Shown here in pieces: positions 38,101 to 48,000 of a DNA stretch of 64,000 nucleotides. The translations under genes were made by a program, and so were the position numbers. Location: positions 6,618 to 70,617 of the forward strand of contig CAZLEU010000002.1 of NCBI GenBank assembly GCA_964558625.1, in the 5' to 3' direction. The first letter of the stretch is position 1; the number at the start of each line of letters is the position of its first letter. The DNA comes from an uncultured Flavobacterium sp. (lineage in GTDB: Bacteria; Bacteroidota; Bacteroidia; Flavobacteriales; Flavobacteriaceae). The notes under the pieces were generated by a model. It was not told the origin of the DNA. It saw only the letters and a program-made list of their open reading frames with translations, and did no database searches.

Positions 38101-41100
38101 CTCAATGCACATACCAAAGGGTGATACATATTCTTAAATTGCTCTCCATACTTGAGGGGTTCTTCTTGAATCAGTTCTTTTAAAAAGTCATTAACCACTG
38201 GGTCACTGCTTACTCCAACCAAAAGGTTTAAAAATAAATCTAAATCGGAATATTTGCTCAATTCTTTTAATATGTTTTGAAAATCAGAGTCCATTAAAAT
38301 AATTTGAACTGCAGTTTCTACATCTTGGGGAGGGTTTTGTTGAAATTCAAATGTGATTTTTTTATACCAATTGGTAATATCATCTATCAATTGAAAAGCG
38401 TTTGATGCAGTTCTTTTTTCAGAATCATTTAGAATATAATTTCCTGTTGATTCATCATTATGCTTTCCTTTTTTATAGAAACCTGGAATAATTACGTAGG
38501 CATGGCTACTGTCTTCTTTAAAATAGGGAAGCATTGTGCCTTGAGGAATTTTTCTCAATAATCTTTGTCGAACAATTTTGTTTGAGTTTGAGTAACCACT
38601 ATTATTGTTAGTAAGATTGAATAAGAATTGACATAACAATGAAACTAAATCAATAGCAGTAAATTGATGTGGAAAAGAGATTTTGAAATTGCCTGGTGTA
38701 CCATTTAAAAGTGTTAGAAAATCAGCTGTTTCCAATATACTAATCCCATTTCTAACTTTTAACTCATCAAATCCCATTTCATTTTGTTCGATATATTTTT
38801 GATTGAGTAATGCGGTATCGTCGAAATCGGGTAAAAAATCAGGAGTTTGTATAGGAAGCTTAAAATCTGAATTTCTAAACAGTTTATTCAAATCAATTAA
38901 TTCTGGATATCCTTTGCATCCAGCAATATTAAATACCCCGCATAGCAAATTAGTATATTGGATTTCTTTATCCTCTTTTTCTTTAAAAAGGCACACCACT
39001 TCATTTATTGGAAAGTTTTCAATTTTTGGCCATGCAAAATATTTCAAAGAATAGAGATCTCTCCTAAAATCGTTAGGATTACTTGAGTAATCGGATGGGG
39101 TTAATAGACTATCTTTTGATACTCTTTTAGGCTGCCACTTCTTATTGTTATATTCACTAATTGCCAATTGTATTTTCAATTTTTTCTTTGGTTTGTCGGT
39201 GTCAACGAAGTTACCTTGATCACTTGGTGAAGGTATTTTGGATTGTTGATCAGGTTGGCTTTCTTCGCTAAACACTGGCCATGCCAAGTGTAGTCTGTTA
39301 TTTCGCATAAATGCCAATAGGTGGTCTCCAGTAATATCCAATTCTACTTTTTCCCAAGGACTCCAGTAACGTTCATTTTCAAGACGTCTATAGTAATAGA
39401 TAGATGGATCACCTCCTTTGGTACGGGCAAATACATGCATATCTCTTGATGGGGCATCATACCAGGTTGCCATCACTTCGAGGAAAGCAATATTGTCTAG
39501 TTTTTCTAAGTATTTTTTGATAGCGTCTTCCGCAGTATCATTTGTGAGTTCGTTTTGTTGGATTTCATTAATAAACTCAGTCAACAGATAGGTTTTATCA
39601 TCGGTTAATGTAACGTCATACCAATTTTCTGGATAAAGGAATACTTTGCGATTGGCTTCCCACACTCTATAATTTTTCATCCATTTCCACTGATTCCAGT
39701 TTGGGTCATTTTCGATATCAGCTATAGCATTGGGTTCTAATCCCATTAAGCAACGTTGAACAAAAAGTTGAATACTATTGTGAGCTTGCACAATCCTTGA
39801 AGAAGGCATACATGCTTCCATTTCTACATCTACAAGGAAATATTCATATAAATCATTTTCACCCTTCATGTTTGGATTGGTAGCCAATAAATAGGCCACC
39901 AACGCATTCCGTTTCTGTGGACGGATGTCGTCCATTATTTCTTTTAAAGTGTTTAGCCATGTATCTTCATCATAGCGCGATTTTAAAGTTGCTCGTAAAT
40001 CATCTACCTCTAATGTAGTAAGAATCGGGTTGATGTATTTTATTATTTGATTAACAGATGCCCCTATTTTTCTAATAAAATCGGCACATTCAAATACCTT
40101 TTCCCAGTGCTCAACATTTTTATAATTACCAATATCAAAAGCAGCAAATAGTTGATTATCAATATTATCCAAATCCTCTTTTTCATAACCAGAAAGCAAA
40201 GCAAACGCATTTAAGAATGTATCTCTATTGGTTGCAGCCCCAGACAAAACAAGATCAGCAATTGTAAAGAAATTAATTGGATTTTCTGCATCAATTGGGT
40301 TAGTAACTGCGGTAAATTGTTTTGAATGGAAAATAATTTTGCAAAACGTTACATACTTCACAAAATCTATTGCTGTTTGTCCAGCATTGTAAGGAATACT
40401 GTCAAATTCTAACCAACCAAGAGTAGCATTATTTTTAAAGAACCATTCTAGCTCAGTATTGTTTAATTTGAATGCACTTAACATTACTAACATTTTATGT
40501 AACAACCTAACAGCTGCATATTGTTTTGCATAGTTTACCAAAGTAATAGCATTGTCAAAATCATTTATTAGTAAATCAATAATACGATCTATTCCAGGAG
40601 CCAATTGTTTAAGTTTGGCATGGTTTAACACTACCTCAATTAAAGTTACATCTACCTTAAATGCATTTGATATGGTTTGCTCCAGAAGTGCTTGTTTACT
40701 TATTTTTATTTGGAAATCAGCAACGGAATTTAAAATTGCTTTGATTAAATTCTTTTGTTCGGTTTTGGAGTCAGCTCCAAGAGACAAAGCATCAATAGCA
40801 TCAATAGCAACATTGATATCGGTTCTATTGATTCGTTTATCAAATTTACTATCAATAAATGCTTTTGCTCCAGCGGCATTTGTGACATTTGTCCAGTCTT
40901 TATCTAAAAACTTGACAATTGTCTTTACAGAATCTTCATCGTCACCTACCATACTCATAAGGACATCGATTAAAGTTTCCTTTTGCTCATCTGCTGTTAA
41001 TGAATCATTAAATTTCGATTTCTGTTCTTTCTTGATCTTTTCATAATCGGTTTTTAGTTTACCCAATAACGCTTCAATTTTTTCAACTTTTAGTTCTCGG

Positions 41101-44100
41101 TCATTCAAGTTATTCGCCTCATGATTTAAAATGAATTTGATATCATTTGCTTTTAACGGTGAATTCTTAAGATCTTCTATAAGTTTTATAAATTCTAAAG
41201 TTTTATCAGGACTCGAAGAAATAGCGAGTCCACTTAATTTTTGTATAATAGCAAAGTCTTCTGATTTTAATTTAAGTTTTTTAATCAGTTTTGATGCAGC
41301 AAAAAGGAAACTTAAATTGGAGAAAGTTAAATTTCCGTCTGGAAGTAGTGGAATGATATGTTCTAAATCTTTTTGCTTTAACTGAAGGCAAGTGGAAATA
41401 TAGCCCATGTAAATGCTTAGTAGTTGAGATCCATCTATTTTTTCAGGTAACATTCCTTCATTTACAAGACCATTTTTTGCTTTATTGAGGAAAATCTTTT
41501 GGTAAAGTGGTTTAGGAGCTTTTTCATCATGTTCTTGTAAAACCAAATGCGGTATTTCTCCAAAAAAACCAACCAATTCTTCTAATTTAACTCCAATTTT
41601 CTCGGAAATTTCAAGAAGTTGTGAAGCTTTAATAAGACATGAGTCATTCAATAGACCATTCCCAAGTTTAACTTGCGAAATAATAGCATCCAACACGTTA
41701 TAATCCCATCTTGTTTTCTTTTGAAGACGAAGAAAACGATGTATTCGGTCTAAAACATCCAAATCTAAATTAGCTATTTCTTTATGTCCAGTATCACAAG
41801 TTAAATCGTTGTGTTTAATAAATAGATTCCCATTTTTATCAATGAATTTTAGTTTCAACAACAAATCTAATTCAGTGTATGTGAGCCCCGTTCTATCTAG
41901 AAAATGATCAACCTGTTTTAAGTAGTCAATCACATTAGCAGGAGCAGGAACATTCCAATAGGTTTGTTGAGCTGCATTGTCGTTAGGAACTGGAGTATTA
42001 ACAATAATATTTCGTTCAGTATCTGTTAATCCTAATCGTTCCGATGCTATGTTTTTATCAGAAGGAATGGACGCACTTTTAAAAGCGTTCATTAAATCTG
42101 CTCTATTAACATCAAAACGATTAAGATATGCTTTTGCCTCTGTATGTTGTAAATCAAAAGGAAGTTTAAAAGCAAAAGCTTTATTTTTAAGCTCTTCATA
42201 GGCACTTTCATTTACATATTCAGGCGCTGCGTCTAATTCAGCCGCTGTTCCAAATGTTTGTCGTAAACGATACACTTTGTAGTTAGTACCTCCCGTTTTC
42301 TCAATTTTGCAAACAATACCTTTATCTCTTAAATAGTGAGGCTTCGTCGATGATGATTCTGTTTCATATATCAGAGCATCCGCTGTTACTTTTAAACCTG
42401 CATTAGTTAATGTAGTCATTAAATTGTTCGATATCTTTCCTTTTGATGTGTCAATTCCATCAGATAAGACACCAGAGTAATCGATTCCTGTATCGGGGAC
42501 AACAGCTTCCTCTAAAATTTCGCATACCAAATCAATATATTTTACTGGGGTATTAGCATTAGCACAACCTAGATCAATTTCACCCAATTCGGGTCTTCTT
42601 GAAAATAATACGCTTTTGGCATTGTTGGCTACGACTATTCGTTTATCCAAAAACTGAAGGATTTCTACCAAATAAGCAGCAGGACTATACACTGAGCGAC
42701 AATGTTCACATTCACAAGTGTCAACGAGTTTGAAAAGCGATTTTAGATTCGGGAAATCAGTACTTACAGCTTCTAATTTTTTTGCTAGTGTACTAGTTTC
42801 AAAAGAAGCGATATCCATTACACTCATACTGTCCTGAAGATCACCTACCATAAGCATTGCGGCAGTGTGTTTACTTTCTGCTTTACGATAAATTTCTTTG
42901 GCTTCTTTGTCTTCGATACCCGCTTTGGGTGCGACTTCTTTTACAAAACGGTTTTCGCCAATAGCTATAATACTCTGAGAAGAATGGATTTTTTCTTCCC
43001 TCAATGCCATCGTTTTGCTATAGTTGGGGACTAATTTGAAAACCCTTTGTATCGATTTTAGTTCTTCAGAGATAACTTCCCTTTCCTTTGAGGCGACTTT
43101 TTTGCCTTTTAGAAATAAATCAACATTGTCTTTTATTAAATCAAAATCTTCATGTTTATTGAAGAAAGACACTATTTTTACCTGATTTTTAAGTACATCT
43201 TTTTTGGCTCTTTCTAATTGAGCAGCAAAAGCTAGAGTAGGGAATTCCTTCTCCATTTTTCTAACTATCGCAGATGCATAAGCAGTAATAATTTGTTTAT
43301 CTTTTATATCTGGTCTAGCTTTAGAAATTTCCTTTACCCATTCGGTTTTGTTCATTTTAGCCAATTTTCGGGTATCTTCTGGTTTTTTAAGCCCTTTTGA
43401 TTTGACTATAGATGGAATAACTTCATTGCCAAAACCAAAGAGTTTTCCTAACTCAATATTGGTCTTTGCTTTTTCCTCTTTTTCCTTTGAAACATAAAAA
43501 GAAGAATCTGTTACTTTGTCAAAAAAACTGTTGAGATCATTTTTATTTTTCTTAAATATTTCTTGAATTTCTTGTAATTTTCCATCTTTAAAAAACGTAC
43601 TCAATAGCTTGATGATTTTTTCAGGATGCTCGTTTTGATAATATACTCTTGCTTTATCTTTTAGTTCAGAAAGCAGCTCCAAGTAACGTTTAGTTTGTTT
43701 CAAAAGAGTAGGAGAAACAATTTTTTCCTCTACTGCAGTTTTGATATCAGCTTCAATTTTTTTTCCATCAGTAAGAGCGGCATCATAAAGTAAAGTTTGA
43801 TCATCAACCCCTATACCAATAGAAAGACGAACATTAAGGTTTTTGGCAAAATCATTGTGTAACAAAGTATTCTTGCGTAACAACGCATAAAAAAAATCAG
43901 CATCTATTTTGGAAGTCTTATGTAATCGGTGAGCAACAATCAAATGTTCAATTTTATCAGCAGACACTTCCAGTTCTTTGGAAAGAAAAGTAACATCTCT
44001 GTGTTCATTGTTTTCCTGTAAATCGGCAATGGCAATTTTATTAGCTAAGTAAGAAACTTCTTTTACCAAAAAATCAAATTCTACAAGTTCTTTAGGCAAA

Positions 44101-44432
44101 GCACTCTTGATAACAATATTGATTTCCTCTCTTCCTGATGCATTGAAAACCACTTCTTCCAATGTTGATTTAAAAAGTATAGTATTTTTTTCTTTGGTAA
44201 AGACCTTTACAGCAATGTCAGCGGTCTTTTTACCTCTGCCGCTTAATTGATCGTGAGTCCATTTGATTTCATATTTACCCTCTTTATTGGTAAATGTGTC
44301 AGCCAAGGCTTGCCATTCGCGCATATCTATATCGTAGATAGCAACTTTAAGGTTTTGCAAAGGGCGACCATTTGTGTCGGTAATTTTACCAAGCACGGTG
44401 TTTGGGGTTTGAATTTTTATTGTTGTTGCCAT
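35124..44432 (-). CDS. Tc toxin complex subunit A-like protein (3102 aa)
   Basis: CECEHCRSVYSPAAYL, SSRIVQAHNSIQLFVQR, WKWMKNYRVWEANRKVFLYPENW (neuraminidase-like region), YNWDLFFRVP, PYYRF, YFRRLKSVSISLPCIAGPY, RYLPFENTGAISSWRLELP (TcB-binding domain). Confidence 0.9.
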   Translation of the reverse strand: MATTIKIQTPNTVLGKITDTNGRPLQNLKVAIYDIDMREWQALADTFTNKEGKYEIKWTHDQLSGRGKKTADIAVKVFTKEKNTILFKSTLEEVVFNASGREEINIVIKSALPKELVEFDFLVKEVSYLANKIAIADLQENNEHRDVTFLSKELEVSADKIEHLIVAHRLHKTSKIDADFFYALLRKNTLLHNDFAKNLNVRLSIGIGVDDQTLLYDAALTDGKKIEADIKTAVEEKIVSPTLLKQTKRYLELLSELKDKARVYYQNEHPEKIIKLLSTFFKDGKLQEIQEIFKKNKNDLNSFFDKVTDSSFYVSKEKEEKAKTNIELGKLFGFGNEVIPSIVKSKGLKKPEDTRKLAKMNKTEWVKEISKARPDIKDKQIITAYASAIVRKMEKEFPTLAFAAQLERAKKDVLKNQVKIVSFFNKHEDFDLIKDNVDLFLKGKKVASKEREVISEELKSIQRVFKLVPNYSKTMALREEKIHSSQSIIAIGENRFVKEVAPKAGIEDKEAKEIYRKAESKHTAAMLMVGDLQDSMSVMDIASFETSTLAKKLEAVSTDFPNLKSLFKLVDTCECEHCRSVYSPAAYLVEILQFLDKRIVVANNAKSVLFSRRPELGEIDLGCANANTPVKYIDLVCEILEEAVVPDTGIDYSGVLSDGIDTSKGKISNNLMTTLTNAGLKVTADALIYETESSSTKPHYLRDKGIVCKIEKTGGTNYKVYRLRQTFGTAAELDAAPEYVNESAYEELKNKAFAFKLPFDLQHTEAKAYLNRFDVNRADLMNAFKSASIPSDKNIASERLGLTDTERNIIVNTPVPNDNAAQQTYWNVPAPANVIDYLKQVDHFLDRTGLTYTELDLLLKLKFIDKNGNLFIKHNDLTCDTGHKEIANLDLDVLDRIHRFLRLQKKTRWDYNVLDAIISQVKLGNGLLNDSCLIKASQLLEISEKIGVKLEELVGFFGEIPHLVLQEHDEKAPKPLYQKIFLNKAKNGLVNEGMLPEKIDGSQLLSIYMGYISTCLQLKQKDLEHIIPLLPDGNLTFSNLSFLFAASKLIKKLKLKSEDFAIIQKLSGLAISSSPDKTLEFIKLIEDLKNSPLKANDIKFILNHEANNLNDRELKVEKIEALLGKLKTDYEKIKKEQKSKFNDSLTADEQKETLIDVLMSMVGDDEDSVKTIVKFLDKDWTNVTNAAGAKAFIDSKFDKRINRTDINVAIDAIDALSLGADSKTEQKNLIKAILNSVADFQIKISKQALLEQTISNAFKVDVTLIEVVLNHAKLKQLAPGIDRIIDLLINDFDNAITLVNYAKQYAAVRLLHKMLVMLSAFKLNNTELEWFFKNNATLGWLEFDSIPYNAGQTAIDFVKYVTFCKIIFHSKQFTAVTNPIDAENPINFFTIADLVLSGAATNRDTFLNAFALLSGYEKEDLDNIDNQLFAAFDIGNYKNVEHWEKVFECADFIRKIGASVNQIIKYINPILTTLEVDDLRATLKSRYDEDTWLNTLKEIMDDIRPQKRNALVAYLLATNPNMKGENDLYEYFLVDVEMEACMPSSRIVQAHNSIQLFVQRCLMGLEPNAIADIENDPNWNQWKWMKNYRVWEANRKVFLYPENWYDVTLTDDKTYLLTEFINEIQQNELTNDTAEDAIKKYLEKLDNIAFLEVMATWYDAPSRDMHVFARTKGGDPSIYYYRRLENERYWSPWEKVELDITGDHLLAFMRNNRLHLAWPVFSEESQPDQQSKIPSPSDQGNFVDTDKPKKKLKIQLAISEYNNKKWQPKRVSKDSLLTPSDYSSNPNDFRRDLYSLKYFAWPKIENFPINEVVCLFKEKEDKEIQYTNLLCGVFNIAGCKGYPELIDLNKLFRNSDFKLPIQTPDFLPDFDDTALLNQKYIEQNEMGFDELKVRNGISILETADFLTLLNGTPGNFKISFPHQFTAIDLVSLLCQFLFNLTNNNSGYSNSNKIVRQRLLRKIPQGTMLPYFKEDSSHAYVIIPGFYKKGKHNDESTGNYILNDSEKRTASNAFQLIDDITNWYKKITFEFQQNPPQDVETAVQIILMDSDFQNILKELSKYSDLDLFLNLLVGVSSDPVVNDFLKELIQEEPLKYGEQFKNMYHPLVCALRNTLNKDGVSALMKRDTQMQKTNFNFKSHYKPNPEIVAQTYFKNPDGTKTLSYPIEDIDFESDGSYSAYNWDLFFRVPLHIAGSLTKNQRFEEALTWFHYMFNPTGALPGNGVQKYWVTKPFYLNQETNYISQRIDSLMYATANLSNPDIKELEFAVEEWRNKPFRPDVVARFRPVAYQKALLMKYIDNLTEWGDYLFRQDTMESVAQATQMYILADKLLGPKPRKIPTAIKKPYETYNQIEAKLDTFGNALIELENILPDLSVLPEGGNELPASPVTLSMLYFCIPSNDKMFDYWDKIADRLFKIRHCQNIDGIERSLALFAPPIDPGMLVRAAASGLDLSSVLAGLNAPTPYYRFTILSQKANEIAQEVRGLGNSLLQALEKRDSEALTLLRSELELKVLNAVKDIKKLQINESKEQIEVLKKTKKVTEERQKYYKNIEFMNALETTSLTMNGISTIAFTVGSIMEMAAGAAVHIPEVSVGASGFGGSPHAVAKVTGGEKISSSISSFAKALLLGSQVVDKIAGGISTVANYQRRFDDWKLQERLATNELVSIEKQITAAEIRKEIAETDLKNHELQIDNARKTDDFMRSKFTNKELYDWMLGQISAVYFKSYQLAHDFAKKAERCYRFELGNDDSYISYGYWDSMKKGLQSADHLIHDIKRMETGYLDKNKREYEITKHVSLAQLDPLALVRLRSTGVCDFEIPEVLYDMDHPGQYFRRLKSVSISLPCIAGPYTSVSAKLSLVNNRYRKNTNPDNAATTGYAEDFANDERFVYNVGAIQSIATSNAQNDSGTFELNFRDERYLPFENTGAISSWRLELPTEVKQFDYNTISDVIMHIKYTAREGGSGLKMASNIVIKDQLETIKQSLSQTGLHIALNMKHDLPNEWLLFKKNGTIDLTIDKSRMPYMAKPFDTTEVESVIFLAKIKDNPAAFTINVDGAATNLARIDDIEMCKGINSNIDLNTLFSISVSNADKVKLEELLLIVKYKL

Positions 44433-44442
44433 GTGATTTGTT

Positions 44443-44925
44443 TTAATGTGTTGTGTTATTCATTTCTAAAATTAATTTGCGGATTTTCCCTACAGCATAA
44501 GCCCAGTTATGACATTTAAAACTGCGCAGCTCGGTTATAGCTGTACCGCAATTAATACAGCTTAAATCGGCAATGGCTCTTGGAGCCTCGGTGTTTACAT
44601 ATTTCTGTTCACCTAGAATGACCTTGGCTATCATTGCACCGTTGTGTATTTGTTTAGTTGCAGAACTCACAATATCCAGCCAGTTGGTTTCTCTTTTGCA
44701 TTTTGGACAGTTTTTCTGATCTCCACTCACCCAAAGTGGTGCGCCAATAGTTTTTTCAGGCATACCCAGTAATTTTTCTATCTGCCTTACATCTTCGTCT
44801 GTGGTAAGCCACTTATGTTTCCCGGGAAGCGATGAGGGTGCATCATACACCATTTTAAAAACCTCGTTGGTTACCGGAAAGGTTTGTTGTTTGGGAGTTA
44901 CGGTTTTTATTTTCATTATTTTCAT
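44443..44925 (-). CDS. Hypothetical protein with two CxxC motifs (putative Zn-binding)
   Basis: CPKC...CINC...FKCHNWAY; stop 10 nt before the TcA start; no signal peptide. Confidence 0.75.
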   Translation of the reverse strand: MKIMKIKTVTPKQQTFPVTNEVFKMVYDAPSSLPGKHKWLTTDEDVRQIEKLLGMPEKTIGAPLWVSGDQKNCPKCKRETNWLDIVSSATKQIHNGAMIAKVILGEQKYVNTEAPRAIADLSCINCGTAITELRSFKCHNWAYAVGKIRKLILEMNNTTH

Positions 44926-45007
44926 TATTTATAGTTATATGTTTTCAACAAATTGTTTAGCATGGTAATTGAATCTCACCTTAACTCTATCGAGTATTTT
45001 AAAAGTT

Positions 45008-48000
45008 TTACCTTCTAAAATCAGTACCTCCAATTCTAGTTTCACCACTTGGTAAGGTTCTAGCACCATTATTATTTGAAATAAAGTAAAGAAATGGGTC
45101 CCTTGTGCCGCCTGTTGCCAATTGTTGAACCGCCGCTCGAGCAATGGCCCAACGGTTTTCCTGGCGTGTTCTATCAGCAGCACTCCATGCTCGGGCACCT
45201 GTAGCATTTCTTTGACTAAAAAGACTTCGTCCAGTGGCAAGTCCATCAAATTGATGTCCACTCCTTGCACCAGGTGCTGTAACAACTTCTGTTAGGCTTG
45301 GTCTACCTGAATGATTTGCCAAAAAACTTTCTGCTTCAATTCTTGCATCTCGTGCTGTTTCAAACTCGCTAAATCGGTCTCTTAGGTTCCTTTGTGCAGT
45401 TACAAATCTTGTTTCGGCAGTGTCTCTTGTTGTAATTGCTGTTGTAAGATTTAAATTTGCAGCAACAAGCCCTGAATTTGATGATGCCAATTGTCCATTT
45501 GCGGTTGTTAACTCAGTTCTTGCATTCACAAGCTGTCTTTCTAATGTAGGTCTTTGTCTTGAAGTTGCTGCGTGTAGACTAGCTTCGAGACGGGTTATTC
45601 TAGCAGTAGCTCTATTCACTCTATTTTGATCACGTGTAACACGTCTTGTTGCACTTTCAACACGGTCTCTTGCTCTAGGAACAGCATCTCTAAGCGCAGG
45701 CAAAACTGAAGATGCCTCTCTATGTTCTTCCCTTGCAGCGGCATATCTTGTTTCGGCTAAGGTTTCCGCAGTCCTCGCTGGTGTAACCGAATCCATTCTA
45801 TTGAAGATTACAGAAGCAATAGCATGCGCTTCATTAGTAAGATTCGCTGCGCTTCCAGTAGCTGACATCTCCCCAAATAAGGTGATTGTCGCGATATTCA
45901 AATCAGCCGCAGAATGCCCATTAATTGGTCTATTAAACTGTTGAAAGGCTTGATGTCCGCTTGTGTCAACTAACTTCGTTGGATTGTTTTTTCCATACGC
46001 ATACACATTCACCCCATCTCCAATTCCAATCGGATCACTACTCAACCATCTTCCCAACCAAGGTAAATAATACCGTGCACTATGATATTCCAGTCCTGTT
46101 TCTTCATCTCGTTCCATACCTGTATAACGATAGCGTTTAGCAGCCGATTTAATGCTGGCGTTTATTGCCTGATATGCTGTAGTACCAAAAGGATGGTATT
46201 CTTCATAAGAAATGACTTTTGCATTTGGTGTTCCGTCTAATTCCAAGGAAGAAGAGCCCAAATGATTGTGTAATTGATATCGTACCAATTGCTTTTCGGT
46301 TCCATCATTTATATCATTTCTTGTTTCCACCATTACAAAACGGTGTCCCTCGTCTAGTAAGCTCAAACTAATTCTTTCTAATCCTATATTAATGCCAGTA
46401 TGTTTTTTATACAATTCATAACCTTCAATATAGATCCGTTCTTCCTTTTTAGTAGGAAGTCCTCCAGCTACAGCCTGATTTTCGGTTATTTTTCTGAGAC
46501 GTTTTCCGCTAGCATCATATTGATAATAAGTAATTACAGGGATGTTGTCATTGGTACAATGTTGTCTGCTTGTTAGTAACACTTCTTCTTTAAAATTCCA
46601 ACCAATTTTTTCCAAGTGAGGCAATTCTTCCATATAACCATGTTTAGCATGGTGTTGGTATTTGGTGTAGTTTGCAGGATTACCATTGTCCCCAATAAAA
46701 GTTTGTTTTAATCTGTTATTACTCGATTCATATTCATAACCGCGCGTCCAGTTACCACCAGATGCTAGATGTTTCATTTCCATAATGTTACCAACAGCAT
46801 CATATTGATAGCTTTGGGTATAATTACGCACGGCCATGGGGTTGCTTGAATTCATGGAGTGCATATAAGGCTTGTCATTCCAATTATCACAAGTTCCAAA
46901 AGTTAAAGCAGCATTGTTTTCTCTACCTGTTGCTTTTACCAATCTGTACAGAGCATCGTAGGTATATTCACTAACAGGTTCTATGATTGAATTGGCAAAG
47001 AAGTTAATAGGAATGGCTTTGTCTTCAATATTTGTGATATTACCAACGGGATCATAAGTATAATACCAATCCTGCAGTCGGTCGCCATTAAGCCGCTTAC
47101 TTTCTAATCTTTTTAAACGAAAAGTTTCCGTATCATAATAGAACTTAGTGCTTACATTATTGCCATAAATGATTTTACTGCGTTGCCCTTTTTCGTTATA
47201 GTCAATTTCTTTGATGTAAACAGAAGGATTTGTAGCTCCAAAATGCAATACTGATTCACTGTCTAATAGACCAGCTTCGTTGTAGGATGGTATAATAATA
47301 CTGCCATCTGGTGTTGTTTGTTGTATAATTCTTCCCAAAGCATCTGTTACAGTTGAAAAAGTAAATCCAGCCCCAAGCTCTAAATCGTTTACCAAATTGA
47401 CATCAATCCAGTTTGCTACTTCTTTGTATTTTTTAAACAATTTTCGAGTAGTAACGAGAGGCTGTCCTTTAAAATCATAGTTAGGTGTATCAATTAACCC
47501 ACCAGTGTCATAATGCTGAATAACTTGTCCTAATATGTTTCTATCTTGCAAGTTAGTCTCATTACTTCTGTTCAGTGTTAAGAGGCTTTCTCCATAAAAT
47601 TGCTTGTCAAAAATATGGTCAAGAGAAGTGGTGCCATCACCTCCAATTACTTTACTATAGGTAGGTCTTTGTGCAATATCATAAAAATATTGAAACTCTT
47701 GGTTGCGTTCATCCCAAGTACGTAAAGGTTTGCCGAAAATATTAGTAAGTAACCATCGTTGTCCGGCATCCATGCTATTTTGATATACCAAGTGACCTAA
47801 TATATCGTATTTGTACTGCATCACAGTATTATCTCTAGCATCTGTTACTTTCCTTAGATTACCTTCTGTGTCAAGTTTTATTTTGGTTGCATAAAATTCA
47901 TCGACATTCGTGATACTATTTCTATTATGTTCAATAGATAAAACGGGTCTTCCCAAAGTGTCGAAGTGTAAAATATTTGGAGTATTAGCATGTTTTGCGG

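Noticed and set aside
40552-41046. Long antisense or alternate-frame ORFs within large genes (also 983-1246, 3868-4179, 51850-52338 and others)
   Set aside because: Shadow frames of well-supported genes with no independent coding signal
44935-45285. 116-aa ORF overlapping the TcB-TcC 3' end as a possible immunity gene
   Set aside because: Mostly overlaps the cargo in another frame, has a non-ATG start and no motifs; the GC-richer DNA makes chance ORFs likely
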